Under the pieces are notes generated by a model that did no database searches, was not told the origin of the DNA, and saw only the letters and a program-made list of their open reading frames with translations. The position numbers were made by a program, and so were the translations under genes. A stretch of 64,000 nt of DNA from contig OY829846.1 in NCBI GenBank assembly GCA_963691875.1, positions 1,024,001 through 1,088,000 on the forward strand, written 5' to 3'. How positions within the stretch are numbered: the first letter of the stretch is position 1; each line of letters starts with the position of its first letter. This document shows positions 49,701 through 60,456 of this stretch, one piece after another. Source of the DNA: Aureliella sp. (GTDB lineage Bacteria > Planctomycetota > Planctomycetia > Pirellulales > Pirellulaceae).

Positions 49701-51456
49701 CTGAAGTAATCGACATCTGCCTCGCGTTAAAGACAAACTATGCAGGACAGTTCATCGCAGCGAATTTGGACTTAGTTCGGGACTCCAATCCAAAGAAGTT
49801 GTCGGAGTGCCTTACTTTTGCCAGTCGATTCGCGTCTTTGGAGAACCTGCATGAAATCATCGATCTCTCACGCGACAGCTTCGAATCAGACTTGCCAAAA
49901 CAAGAAGAACTCTTGCGATCGGTCAGCAGCGGCTTGTCACAACGCGGGCTTGAGCCGACGGCCGCACTCAAACAGTGGACAGAAGCTCTTGCACGAAATT
50001 ACCTGAACATCGGTCCCGCGGAGAACACAATCATCCTCGACCAAGCAAGTATTCCGTGGTCGCATGTAGCCGCTGGGGAAGCGTCCAAGCCAAGCAATAC
50101 CTGGCAACTGTCAAACAGGAGGAATTCCGCTGACGGGGAACAGTCTACGTTGCTTCATAGTAGTTTTCTGGCAGGAGAGCAGAAAGTTGGCACATACCGT
50201 AGCGGCACCTTCACGTTATCGATGCCATTCAGCTTCTATGTTGCAGGCCACGACGGATTTCCAGACAAACCCCTGCAAGGAAACAACTTCGTTCGTCTGT
50301 GTGACGCAACAACCCACCGTGAACTAGTGAGTTGGCCAGCACCGCGTAATGATATGGCCAAACGAGTCGAATGGCTCGATACCCAACACGAAGGCCGTCG
50401 AGTTTATGTGGAACTTGTTGACGGAGATTCTGCCAACGCTTACGCATGGCTAGCCGTTGGACGCTTCTCGGAAGAAGGACTCAATCCGAGTAATTCCGCC
50501 ACGCGATATCTCCGTGCCGCCAGACTTGTACGCGACTTGAAGATTCGTAACCTCACGCCCGTGATGCTGCTACTCATGTCGAATCCAGCAGAAACAAATG
50601 AGCATTCATCACAGTTTGCCAAAGCATATGCAGCTATCCACTCAGGTCCCTGTGCGACGGCCCTTGCTGAAGCCATTTCTTTTCCCAGCACAGACGCAGA
50701 ATTACGTTCAGTGCTCATCAAGCTTTTGGAAAATAGAGAAAGTGCAGCTGATTCTGTTCGCAAGGCTATGTCTAGCGTGATGCGTGTTGCTACTGCCGCC
50801 GAACAAAGAAACTTGGCGTTAGAGCTGTCCCGCAACCATACCGGCATCACTGTGTTGTTAGAACTTGTCGAGGCAGGCAGTGCTTCTCCTAGCTTGTTAA
50901 TCGATCCCGTCGTCGCGGCCCGGTTGGAAACGCTGGGCAACGAGCGGGAGATAGCCTTGGCCAGCTACTTGACGACCGGGCTGACTAGCGACGACCAAGA
51001 CGTGAGAGCAGCTATCCAAAGGCGTCGCCAAGCTTACATGACGGATGCCGGCGAAGTATCTAGAGGTGCAATCGTCTTTAGCAAGAACTGTGCGAACTGT
51101 CACCGAGTCGAGGGTAAGGGCTCGGAGGTCGGCCCCAACCTAGATGGCATCGGGAATCGAGGCCTCGATCGCTTACTCGAAGACGTATTGCTGCCGAACC
51201 GCAATATCGACAACGCCTTTCGATCAACCACTGTTATCACAGAAGACGGGAATGTCTTAAGCGGCCTGGTAAAGAGAATCGTTGGAAAACAGCTTTTGCT
51301 GGTTGATCAGACTGGAAGAGAACACACCGTCGCAACGGACGCAATTGCCTCAAAAAAACGGTACGTTTGTCACCAATGCCAAGTAACTTCCACGAACTCC
51401 TCACGGAGGATCAGCTTAGAGATCTGCTGGCCTATCTGCTGTCGCTCACAAATTAA
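46708..51456 (+). CDS. FG-GAP repeat plus PVC-type heme-binding CxxCH protein, split by two single-base frameshifts
   Basis: DxDGDG repeats, then EPQIAKPLNMAF..LRDTDGDG..DPWFRPVD..HRGRIWRI, then NCANCH..GPNLDGIG. Frameshifts at about 47782 (PVF to PVLYWF) and A7 at 51352-51358 (restores LSPMPSNF..LRDLLAYL*). Confidence 0.8.
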
Positions 51457-51488
51457 TAGTCATTGAAAATGCCCGCGGACGAGCGGTA

Positions 51489-51644
51489 CTAATCCATCGC
51501 GTCCAGTTGCTTCTGAATCGCGTCGGCTTCGGCGGTCTTCTCGTCGCTCTTCTTGCGATCAACCGTAGACAACTCATACGCCTCGCGAAGTAATTTCTCA
51601 TACTTCGCTTGCAACTTTTCTTTCTTCGATTTCATCCCGAACAT
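51489..51644 (-). CDS. Small 51-aa helical protein, Lacal_2735-like
   Basis: Manual translation MFGMKSKKEKLQAKYEKLLREAYELSTVDRKKSDEKTAEADAIQKQLDAMD*; below the ORF-track size cutoff. Confidence 0.7.
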   Translation of the reverse strand: MFGMKSKKEKLQAKYEKLLREAYELSTVDRKKSDEKTAEADAIQKQLDAMD

Positions 51645-52532
51645 ATACTTGCCCTTAACCGTTTAAGATACGGATTGAAATTTATCAGAATTCCTGCCAA
51701 GGTCATCCATACCTCCCTAACTTCGACTGAGGCACGGACTGCATCCATCGTAAGAACGATACGTTTCTTCTTGAGTCGCTCGCTTATTACGCAGATACTT
51801 TAGTTGCTCTTCAAGATCTCTAGCAGCTAAGCAATGAAAGCCAGGCCGACTGTCGTAAATCGATAAAGTCACCTCGTTGACTAGTTAGTCACGAAACTCC
51901 ATGCATCCTTTCGTCGACCAGTCCGTTCGTTTGGCAAGAATGACTTTGCACACACACCAACGTGGAAGGAAAACTTACCGGCATCCTCGACCGAAGTCAG
52001 GTTGTCGTCGAGCAAACAACGGGGCGCTTTCTTGTGTACTTTTCGTCCGAGTCAACCTGCGAATCCAGCGCGCCAAACTGGGCCAAAGGAAAGTACTTGC
52101 TCGCTAGGAACGCCGCGATGAAATAGGCAGGTGAGGATCACTCAGCTTTCAGCGTCGCTGATAGCTTCCGGATTTACTGGAAACCTACAGCGAAGGACGC
52201 TTCCCAGAACTTAGTGGCGTGTTCGCTCTTTGCTGACAGATCATTTGTAAGGCTTCGAAAGCAACAAGTAGGTAGTTGAGGTGCCGAGAAAGAAGAGTCT
52301 AGGTTTTCTTACCTCTGCCTGAAGCGAGCACGTTCGGCTCACTTGTGCAAATCGAAAGACCGATTGAAGTAACCGACACCACGATGGAGGTTGACGAAGT
52401 CTATTGTCGCTGCCATCATCTTCGATAACTCATTCAGGGCGCTGAGCGCGGTTCACAGAGGGTGAACAACCGCGGCGCTTGGCCCTCGGTGTTTCATGCC
52501 GCCAGTGGGCCCATCTCATTTTGGAGCCCGCA

Positions 52533-53900
52533 ATGAAAACAATTATTGAGCCCTTCCGTATCAAAGCGATCGAACCGATCCGGATGACGACTCGCGACGA
52601 ACGTGAACAGTTGATTCGCGAGGCCAACTTCAATCTCTTTGCTCTAGATTCTGACGACGTCCTGATTGACCTGCTGACAGACAGCGGAACGGGCGCCATG
52701 AGCTCGGCACAGTGGTCGGCCATGATGAGCGGCGATGAAAGTTACGCAGGCTCTCCGTCCTTTTTTCGCTTTGAATCGGCAGTCAGAAACTTGATGCCAT
52801 TCAAGCACATCATTCCGACTCATCAGGGACGAGCTGCAGAAGCAATTCTTTGTTCGATCCTGGCTGGACCGGGCAGGCAGATCCCGAACAATACGCACTT
52901 TGATACCACCCGGGGAAACATCGAAGCATCGGGGGCGGTTGCGGTTGATTTATTGATCGACGAAGGCAAGGATCCGAACTCGCAGCATCCATTCAAAGGA
53001 AACATGGATCTGGTCAAGTTGCGAAACTTCTTGGAGGAAAATGCGGATTCAATTCCTTGCGTGCTGCTCACGATCACGAATAACGCTGGCGGCGGACAGC
53101 CAGTCAGCTTGGAAAACATTCGCGCGGCCTCCGAGCTGGCGCGTGAGTTTGAGAAGCCCTTTGTGATCGATGGATGCCGTTTCGCAGAGAACGCTTGGTT
53201 CATCAAGGAACGAGAACCGGAACAAGCCAATCGCTCGATCACTGGCATTGTGCGTGATTGCTTTGCGACCGCCGACATGATGACCATGAGCGCGAAAAAG
53301 GATGCGTTTGGCAACATCGGTGGTTGGCTTGCACTCAATGATGACGCTTTGGCAGATGAAGCCCGCGCCCACCTAATTCGCACAGAAGGCTTTCCCACTT
53401 ATGGCGGCATGGCAGGTCGCGATCTCGAGGCACTTGCCCAAGGCTTGACCGAAATCGTCGATGAAAACTACCTGCGATACCGCGTACGAACTAACTCTTA
53501 CATCTCAGAACGCTTGATGGCGCTGGGCATTCCGATGGTGCAACCTGCTGGCGGCCACGCCGTCTTTATTGATGCGAGAGCATGGCTGAGTCACATTGAT
53601 CCACTTCAGTATCCCGGCCACTCACTGACCGTCGAACTCTATCGACATGGGGGCATTCGCGGTTGCGAGATTGGTACGGTCATGTTCGGAAAACAACCGG
53701 ATGGATCGGAAAAGCCAGCCATGATGGACTTGGTGCGACTTGCCTTTCCCCGACGAACCTACACTCAGGCCCACGCTGACTATTTGATCGAAGTGTTCGA
53801 AGAGCTCTCCGAGCGAAAAGATGACTTGCGAGGTTACAGGATCACCAGCGAGCCGAAACTGATGCGGCATTTCACCTGCAAGTTCGAGCCATTAGCCTAG
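52533..53900 (+). CDS. tnaA: Tryptophanase (beta-eliminating lyase)
   Basis: EPFRIK, DLLTDSGT, GDESYAG, THQGR, HFDTT, MSAKKD. C-terminal RHFT has His, typical of tryptophanase, where tyrosine phenol-lyase has RFFT. Confidence 0.88.
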   Translation: MKTIIEPFRIKAIEPIRMTTRDEREQLIREANFNLFALDSDDVLIDLLTDSGTGAMSSAQWSAMMSGDESYAGSPSFFRFESAVRNLMPFKHIIPTHQGRAAEAILCSILAGPGRQIPNNTHFDTTRGNIEASGAVAVDLLIDEGKDPNSQHPFKGNMDLVKLRNFLEENADSIPCVLLTITNNAGGGQPVSLENIRAASELAREFEKPFVIDGCRFAENAWFIKEREPEQANRSITGIVRDCFATADMMTMSAKKDAFGNIGGWLALNDDALADEARAHLIRTEGFPTYGGMAGRDLEALAQGLTEIVDENYLRYRVRTNSYISERLMALGIPMVQPAGGHAVFIDARAWLSHIDPLQYPGHSLTVELYRHGGIRGCEIGTVMFGKQPDGSEKPAMMDLVRLAFPRRTYTQAHADYLIEVFEELSERKDDLRGYRITSEPKLMRHFTCKFEPLA

Positions 53901-54349
53901 CAGTGCTTTTCCGTCTTCAATCATAGCGATCGCGAGGAACCTGCGGTGAAAAATCGTCGCCGCCTAGATTTCACATGCATCGATCTTGTCCTCCGCCGGA
54001 GCGAGTACCCTTGGCTAATAGCCTTAGAAATGGACAGTCATTTCTTTTAAAACTTCTTAGAGGCTGAGACAAAATGCAAGAAGGATTAGGCGAGAAGCGA
54101 AATGCGAGTCCCTTGGACTCCACTTTGGTCCGATTTGTACTCTCGCTTCAATTTGTCATTACAGCGGTGATTCTCGTCTGTCTGCTACATCTACTTTAAA
54201 GCAGGCTCCCCCCGTTGCTGCTGCGTTCCTAGCTGTGCCCGGCGCGTTGCTTGCAGGAGTTCCCTTTCCGCACGCAAGCCCCAGGCTAAGGCGGCGTTTC
54301 CCAGTGCTCTTCAGTCAATGCACGCTAAGCTAGTAATCCAGTCTAGCGA

Positions 54350-55528
54350 CTAGCGTCGATAACGACTGAAGTCAAACTGCTGATTCGCAGACATCGCTGA
54401 AGCCTTGTAGGCGGGTGGCTGGGAGAACACAGGTGGTGAATTTGTAGCAGCCGGAGAAGAAAATGATGCAGAGCGACCAAAGGGCACAGCTTGCTGCCTT
54501 CCATAACTCAGCCCAGCATTAGGAGCTGCATAACCGCCTGGGAGGCCTGGCGGTACACTGCCGGAAGTCGCGCCGCTCAGCGGAGGACTGGAGGATGGTG
54601 AGCCGCTCAACGGTAAAGTCGCACCTGCGATATTGACGGTCACAAGGCCACGCGAGTCGGGCATAACAAAACTATCCACTGCTCCGGTATCCTGGTTGAT
54701 CAAATAGAAACCGACCTCCACAGTGAAGCTAATCGGCGGATTGCCAGCGGGCAACAGCTGGATGATTGCCTTGCGGGGCAAACTGTAGTCGACACTGGAA
54801 TGATACTCGTGTCCAGACATTTTGGACTGAGCAATTAATCGCTTCGTGTGATCGTACAGCAGCGTCTCTTCGATCACTCCCGTACGTCGGTTAATTCGGA
54901 TGTGCCGCCGGTAGACGTTCTGCGGGTTATTTCCGCCAACGATGGTAGTGCGGATTTCTAACTGGTCATTGGGCAACAAGAAGGGACCTTCATGTTGAAG
55001 AGTGGGATCGAGTTCAATCACGCCCATCGCCTCACGCAACCACAGAGGGGAGACCGGAAGAATCGTCCTCGGTCCCTGCTGCCTATTGAATTCGTCATGG
55101 CGCGCATAGTACAGCGAAGGCGGCGAAGGGACCTGTGTCTGCAACCAGAACATCTCTTCGTTACTGCCGGCTGACAAAGCGGTTCCCAAGAATGGCAGGC
55201 TAGCTTCCAGCTTGAAATTGTAGGGTCGCTCCCACTTGATATGCCCGTTCAGACTGGTGGGCATGTCCGGGCCGCTTACGGTCAGATTGTCGGACTGCAG
55301 TCGCGTGATCCGCAGACTGCGGTTCACGCGATCTACGATTTGGGGGAGAGTCGGATCCTGCTGGAATACTTGCGGCGGCGGAAACTGCACTGTTTGTCTA
55401 CGCCTCAGTAGTGAACACCCACTAAACGGCATCACGCATGCGACAACGGCGAGCAACACGAGAACCCGAGCGATGGAAGAAGCGGCAAAAGACTGGTTTC
55501 CAACGTTATGTCCTTGTATTATCCGCAC
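54350..55528 (-). CDS. Conserved hypothetical lipoprotein
   Basis: Hydrophobic signal ending FSGC; GSNEEMFW, PVSPLWLREAMG; Pro/Ser-rich tail. Confidence 0.7.
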   Translation of the reverse strand: MRIIQGHNVGNQSFAASSIARVLVLLAVVACVMPFSGCSLLRRRQTVQFPPPQVFQQDPTLPQIVDRVNRSLRITRLQSDNLTVSGPDMPTSLNGHIKWERPYNFKLEASLPFLGTALSAGSNEEMFWLQTQVPSPPSLYYARHDEFNRQQGPRTILPVSPLWLREAMGVIELDPTLQHEGPFLLPNDQLEIRTTIVGGNNPQNVYRRHIRINRRTGVIEETLLYDHTKRLIAQSKMSGHEYHSSVDYSLPRKAIIQLLPAGNPPISFTVEVGFYLINQDTGAVDSFVMPDSRGLVTVNIAGATLPLSGSPSSSPPLSGATSGSVPPGLPGGYAAPNAGLSYGRQQAVPFGRSASFSSPAATNSPPVFSQPPAYKASAMSANQQFDFSRYRR

Positions 55529-55532
55529 TCGG

Positions 55533-56015
55533 TTACTCTTCTGTAAAAAGCAGGTCGTTTAGCGATTCACGCAAGACGGCGATGCGATCAGGAGCAGGAG
55601 AAGCTGTTGGGACACTCCACCTTCGATCGTCCGCGTTACAAACAAGATTCCATGCCGCAGACTCGTCTTCTTCAATACTCTGCTCTTCATGCAGCACACG
55701 CCTGCGAACCAATAGCAGAGCCAGCAGATACGCAAGCTCCTCCTGCTCTGGATGCTCGAGCAACTCGGCCAACGTATCGAGCAGAACTCCATTAGGAGCG
55801 GGCCGGAGTTTTCGTTGTGCTGCCTCAGGCATGCGACTTCGCCACCAGCCGATAGTTTCTCCCTGAGGACCTTTCCACTCGCTAGCCGCAATGTCGAGCC
55901 TTTTGATTTCTTCTCCACTGAAAACAATGGTGGAGACGAAGGACTCTCCGGGCTCCAGCGGTCGTCCAGCTACAGCGCATTTGCGGCTGCATTTGTTGAT
56001 CGAATAATCTTGCAT
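55533..56015 (-). CDS. Conserved hypothetical protein
   Basis: MQDYSINKCSRKCAVAGRPLEPGE..GWWRSRMP..YLLALLLVRRRVL. Confidence 0.7.
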   Translation of the reverse strand: MQDYSINKCSRKCAVAGRPLEPGESFVSTIVFSGEEIKRLDIAASEWKGPQGETIGWWRSRMPEAAQRKLRPAPNGVLLDTLAELLEHPEQEELAYLLALLLVRRRVLHEEQSIEEDESAAWNLVCNADDRRWSVPTASPAPDRIAVLRESLNDLLFTEE

Positions 56016-56025
56016 CGCTACGGCG

Positions 56026-56055
56026 AGTTGGGGCAAGTTGGGGTAAGTTGGGGCA
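56026..56055. repeat. Three tandem 10-bp repeats
   Basis: AGTTGGGGCA AGTTGGGGTA AGTTGGGGCA. Confidence 0.8.
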
Positions 56056-56218
56056 AAAGCCGACAGGTAAACCTCGAATTAGCGAAATGAGACGCGAGCG
56101 GCAATGCCAAGAGCAGCTTTGCCAGCAATTGGACTGTGCTTATGCTCTTGCTAGGAGTAAGTTCTGCCTGCCAACTCGTAGCCAACGTTGCCGATGACCA
56201 ATATCACTTCGAGACACG

Positions 56219-58153
56219 ATGACCTGGAATAATTTTGAGCAATACGCCAACCAGCAGCACACCTGGCTTGAGATGGAGGGCGAGGCAGAGCGGGAACGGA
56301 TGGTTGCCAGGCGACGACTTGAACGCCGGGGAGATGCCGAACGTTCGGGCGAAACGATCGTCAATTTGCAGATGGCCGACTACCGAACGGGTCTCGCCGG
56401 CCGACTGCTCCTCGATCTGGTCAAGGCGAATGGGGAGCGAATTCCACTCAATCGACTCAAAGTCGGTTCTCCAATCGTTCTTTCCGACAATGCGGATGCC
56501 AGTGATCAAGGCATGTCGGGCGTCGTAAGCCGGCGCAAGGCACATACGATTCAGGTAGCACTTGACAATTGGCCCGAAGCCGAACGCTTCCGACTCGACC
56601 TTTCGCCCGACGAAACGACTCGTCGCCGACAACAGGCGGCGATGCGGTCCGCGAAATCGCTGACAGGCTCGCAGGCTAGGTTGCGCGATACGCTACTCGG
56701 TTTTCAAGCCCCACGTTTCGATCGGTTGCCGGAAATCAATTTTTTCTCGCAACTCAATGAACCGCAGCGTGAAGCGATCAAGTTCGCATTGTCTGCGCGT
56801 GACGTCGCAATTCTCCACGGGCCGCCTGGAACAGGAAAAACGACGACACTTGCTGAGTTAATTTATCAGACGGTTCAGCAAGGAGGTCGGGTTCTTGCCT
56901 GCGCTCCCAGTAACACGGCTGTCGACAACATGCTAGAAAAACTCGTCGACATGCTGCCACATGTGCTGCGAGTCGGACACCCCGCTCGCGTGTTCGAGTC
57001 CTTGAGGAATCACACGCTAGACGAAATCGTAGAAGCTGATCCGGCGAGCAAAATTGTCCGCGATCTGTGGCGTGATGTCGATGAACTGATGCGAGCTGCC
57101 TCGAAGCAATCGCGTTCGCGCGAGGCGAATCGTCAGCGGGGAGAACTTTACGCGGAAGCGGGCAGACTCCGCAAAGAAGCACGTGCGTTGGAGCGAAATA
57201 CGGTTCGACATATCCTTGAATCGGCCGATGTGATCTGCACGACTACAACTATCGACGACGACTTGCTTGGCAAACAAGAATTCGCCCTCGCGGTAATCGA
57301 CGAAGCATGCCAATGCACCGAACCTGCCATTTGGCAAGCCATGCTGCGGGCCCCTAAGCTTGTACTAGCCGGGGACCACTGCCAGCTTCCCCCGACTGTC
57401 GTCAGCAAGCAAGCTGCCGCAGAAGGATTTTCCAGTAGCGCGATGGAGCGTTTGATTGACCGATTTGATCAAGATGTGTTTCGACGCCTGAAAGTACAGT
57501 ACAGGATGAACGAACACATCATGCGTTTTTCGAGCGACCAGTTCTACGATGGCGATTTGGAAGCTCATGAGTCCGTGCGCTCTCACAGCCTGGCGGATTT
57601 TGCAGAAGAAAACCGAGAGAGCTCCGCGGGGCCGGTAGATGGGGCTTCGCGTCTTAACCAAGTGCTACAGTTCTGGGACACCGCGGGAGCCGAATGGGAA
57701 GAAGAGCTTGAGCCAAACGGGCTATCCAAGCGAAACCCCAAAGAGGCAACGTGGGTCCTATCTCAGGTGCATCAACTATTAAAGACGGGAATTCGCCCTG
57801 ATCAGATTGCGATCATTGCACCCTACGCAGCGCAAGTTCGGTTGCTTCGTGATCGGCTGCAACAACCAGACCTGGAGATCGATACCGTCGATGGATTTCA
57901 AGGCCGCGAAAAAGAAGTTGTTTTGCTGACGCTGGTCCGAAGCAACAGCGAAAGTGAAATCGGCTTTCTCAAAGACACCCGCCGAACCAACGTCGCACTG
58001 ACCCGAGCTAAACGAGCGCTCCGCGTGATTGGCGATAGTGCAACTCTAGCAGGGCACTCTTTCTACAAGTCGATGATCGACTACTTCGAGCAGCAATCGG
58101 CTTACCACACCGTTTGGGAGTTGTCTGAGGGGCGGGATCTACCAACTAAGTAG
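56219..58153 (+). CDS. SF1 helicase, IGHMBP2/UPF1-like (AAA_11/AAA_12)
   Basis: HGPPGTGKTT, CAPSNTAVDN, IDEACQ, GDHCQLPP, QYRM, TVDGFQGREKE, NVALTRAK. Confidence 0.93.
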   Translation: MTWNNFEQYANQQHTWLEMEGEAERERMVARRRLERRGDAERSGETIVNLQMADYRTGLAGRLLLDLVKANGERIPLNRLKVGSPIVLSDNADASDQGMSGVVSRRKAHTIQVALDNWPEAERFRLDLSPDETTRRRQQAAMRSAKSLTGSQARLRDTLLGFQAPRFDRLPEINFFSQLNEPQREAIKFALSARDVAILHGPPGTGKTTTLAELIYQTVQQGGRVLACAPSNTAVDNMLEKLVDMLPHVLRVGHPARVFESLRNHTLDEIVEADPASKIVRDLWRDVDELMRAASKQSRSREANRQRGELYAEAGRLRKEARALERNTVRHILESADVICTTTTIDDDLLGKQEFALAVIDEACQCTEPAIWQAMLRAPKLVLAGDHCQLPPTVVSKQAAAEGFSSSAMERLIDRFDQDVFRRLKVQYRMNEHIMRFSSDQFYDGDLEAHESVRSHSLADFAEENRESSAGPVDGASRLNQVLQFWDTAGAEWEEELEPNGLSKRNPKEATWVLSQVHQLLKTGIRPDQIAIIAPYAAQVRLLRDRLQQPDLEIDTVDGFQGREKEVVLLTLVRSNSESEIGFLKDTRRTNVALTRAKRALRVIGDSATLAGHSFYKSMIDYFEQQSAYHTVWELSEGRDLPTK

Positions 58154-58420
58154 CATCAGGGCCTACCATTCCTGAGCCAATACTGGGGTTAGGGGTGAGA
58201 CCAACAGGTTGAGAAACACTCTGCTGCGCAGCTCGCGACAATTTGCTTCTGTGAGCAGTATCACCGCGAAGAGTCGTACATTTTGCGAGTCATCAGAATA
58301 GGTACGAGACCATTACGCATGGTGCGGGATTATCAACTGAAGCGGAGTTGTTCAGAGCAATTGGTTTGCTCGATGCTTGCAGGCTTTTGAGATGTATTCC
58401 CTAATAGTCAAGCTGAGAAG

Positions 58421-58477
58421 ACAAAACAGGTAGCAACCTATTCGCAACGGAGCGACGTTGCGAATGGTCACTTACCT
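58421..58477 (-). terminator. Long hairpin, probable terminator of the EG-lipoprotein gene
   Basis: ATTCGCAACG (58440-58449) pairs with CGTTGCGAAT (58456-58465), with an extended outer stem and GTTTTG on the minus strand. Confidence 0.55.
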
Positions 58478-58506
58478 ACAGCCGGTAGGATCTTCTATTG
58501 CGTGGA

Positions 58507-58731
58507 CTAAGATCCTTCGCCTTCGCCTTCGCCTTCACCTTCGCCTTCGCCTTCGCCTTCGCCTTCACCTTCACCTTCACCTTCACCTTCAGTCGTGCCA
58601 GAGCCATCTGCCGCTGCAGGGGTATCGCCACCGTCAGCCGCACCAGCGCCTTCTTCCTTTGCGGCACAACCGGTCAAAGTAAGACCACTAACCAAAACCG
58701 CAAAGCATGCGAACCACTTGAAAGCCTTCAT
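58507..58731 (-). CDS. Small acidic lipoprotein with (EG)13 tail
   Basis: Lipobox LTGC, GAGGAAAAAG upstream of ATG, tail encoded by a hexamer repeat. Confidence 0.75.
   Translation of the reverse strand: MKAFKWFACFAVLVSGLTLTGCAAKEEGAGAADGGDTPAAADGSGTTEGEGEGEGEGEGEGEGEGEGEGEGEGS
58514..58591. repeat. Hexanucleotide microsatellite (CCTTCR)13
   Basis: 13 units of CCTTCG/CCTTCA. Confidence 0.95.
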
Positions 58732-59226
58732 CTTTTTCCTCAGAAATAGGAGTAGTTACCCGGATCGTGCACACCCATGTTGTGCAAGTCTGATCACGGA
58801 TTTTAGAGTTTGACGATCCAACGGCCGCTTGAAAAGCACCTGCAACCGCCTGTTCCAATTTGTTTTCTTGGAAGAGACTGCTCAGAATCGAAATTTGAAA
58901 TCAACCTGGGAAGTCTACATGGACAAAACACACTCGAACGCTCATAAGACCCGGCAAACGCTTGTCTATTCCCGAGTTCGCTAAATTTGGAAAAGAAATA
59001 CGGCTCTTGCCAGAAGTTGAGAATTTTCGGCGGGTGGTATGCACAATGTTACTCGCCGGAGAATCGCCTGGGCAGACTCTTAAGGATGTCGTCCGGACGC
59101 CCTTCTGTTCTTTTAAAATGACGCGATTTCGCACTAACCGCTCGAAAGCCATGCAGTCCGGATTGGCCACCTCTGCGTGCCCGCCTAACGAAATAGAGAG
59201 CTAGGCGGAAAGAAGGTCGTGTCTGA

Positions 59227-60258
59227 TCAGCTGAGCACGAGACGGCTCTTGGCGATTCTGCCGGAATGCATAGTTTCGAAGGCTTCCTGCCATTGGTCGA
59301 GCTTCCAGGTTCCGCCCACTATTTTTTCGGCAGGCAACGCACCACTGGCAAGAAGACTTAAGACTCGCTCCCAAGTGGCCCAAGTGTGCGAAAAACTGCC
59401 TTGAAGAGTGACATTTTTTTGGACCATCGGATCAAGCGAAAAACCCACAGGATCTTTTCCCCATCCCACTTTGCTGATCCAACCAGCTGGTCGAACTAAA
59501 TCCATTGCAGACTGAAGTGTCGCGGACACTCCTGCAGCGTCAACCACTCCTTCCACTCCCAGTCCATCCCGCTCCTTCGACCATTCGGCAGCTTCGTCGG
59601 GTGTCATCGCTCTGCAGTCGAATTCGGCCGCTAAGGCCAATCTGTCCTTGTCACGTTCCAACCCGACCAAAACCACCTCTGCACCGCGCAAGCGAGCAAT
59701 CGCGGCGGAAAGTAAGCCAATGGGACCTGGTCCGAGGACAATCACCCGATCTCCAGGCATTATGCTGACGTTTGTCGCAACGGCGCTAAACGCGACGCAA
59801 CAAGGCTCCGCCAAGGCAGCGTTCTCAAGAGGTAATTGATCGGGAACTCGATGCAGACACCGAGCGGGCACACGAACTTTCTCGGTCATTGCGCCATCCA
59901 CGCCGTACCCAAATCCCTTTCTCGTCGGATCTAGGTTGTAACGCCCAATGCGACTCATCGGATTGCTGCTATCGATTACGGCAGCGGTTTCACTGCAAAC
60001 TCGATCCCCCTCCTCAAAACCCGTCACACCGCTACCAACTCGCGCGATCGTTCCCGCAAATTCGTGGCCAAGCGTGACGGGATAATTCACAGGCCAACTA
60101 TGCTCGGCGCTCCACTGGTGTAAGTCACTGCCGCAAACGCCAACAGCAGCAACTTCAAGTAGCACATCTCCATCGCCGATTTCGGGAATCGGGATCTCGC
60201 GAAGTTCCACAGAATGGGGCTCGGGAGCGAAATTCACGATGGCTGTTTGGGTTGGCAT
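59227..60258 (-). CDS. Zinc-binding (MDR) alcohol dehydrogenase
   Basis: GVCGSDLH, LGHEFAG, EPCCVA, GPGPIG; start set to MPTQ at 60258. Confidence 0.9.
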   Translation of the reverse strand: MPTQTAIVNFAPEPHSVELREIPIPEIGDGDVLLEVAAVGVCGSDLHQWSAEHSWPVNYPVTLGHEFAGTIARVGSGVTGFEEGDRVCSETAAVIDSSNPMSRIGRYNLDPTRKGFGYGVDGAMTEKVRVPARCLHRVPDQLPLENAALAEPCCVAFSAVATNVSIMPGDRVIVLGPGPIGLLSAAIARLRGAEVVLVGLERDKDRLALAAEFDCRAMTPDEAAEWSKERDGLGVEGVVDAAGVSATLQSAMDLVRPAGWISKVGWGKDPVGFSLDPMVQKNVTLQGSFSHTWATWERVLSLLASGALPAEKIVGGTWKLDQWQEAFETMHSGRIAKSRLVLS

Positions 60259-60456
60259 TGGAAGAATTCGCTTAGAGGGAAAAGGATGAGTGTGGAAAAG
60301 GCACGATTCTAACGGAAAACTCGTAGCGGAAGTCGTCTTCAGGACTGAGCAAGGGAATGGAATAGAATTACGGCGTGAGATCAACAAACCAAAATTCTAA
60401 GAGCAGGAATACCGTTTCCGTACTGGCTCGTCATCGGCCGGCGAAAGCGCGTCTGG

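Noticed and set aside
51800..52530. tnaC-like leader peptide or decayed gene upstream of tnaA
   Set aside because: No W-x-x-x-D..P-stop leader found, and the fragments gave no recognisable family.
58458..58749. (LR/LH)n, (FA/FT)n and (KA/KV)n ORFs
   Set aside because: Alternative frames of the hexamer repeat; only the EG frame has a signal peptide with lipobox.
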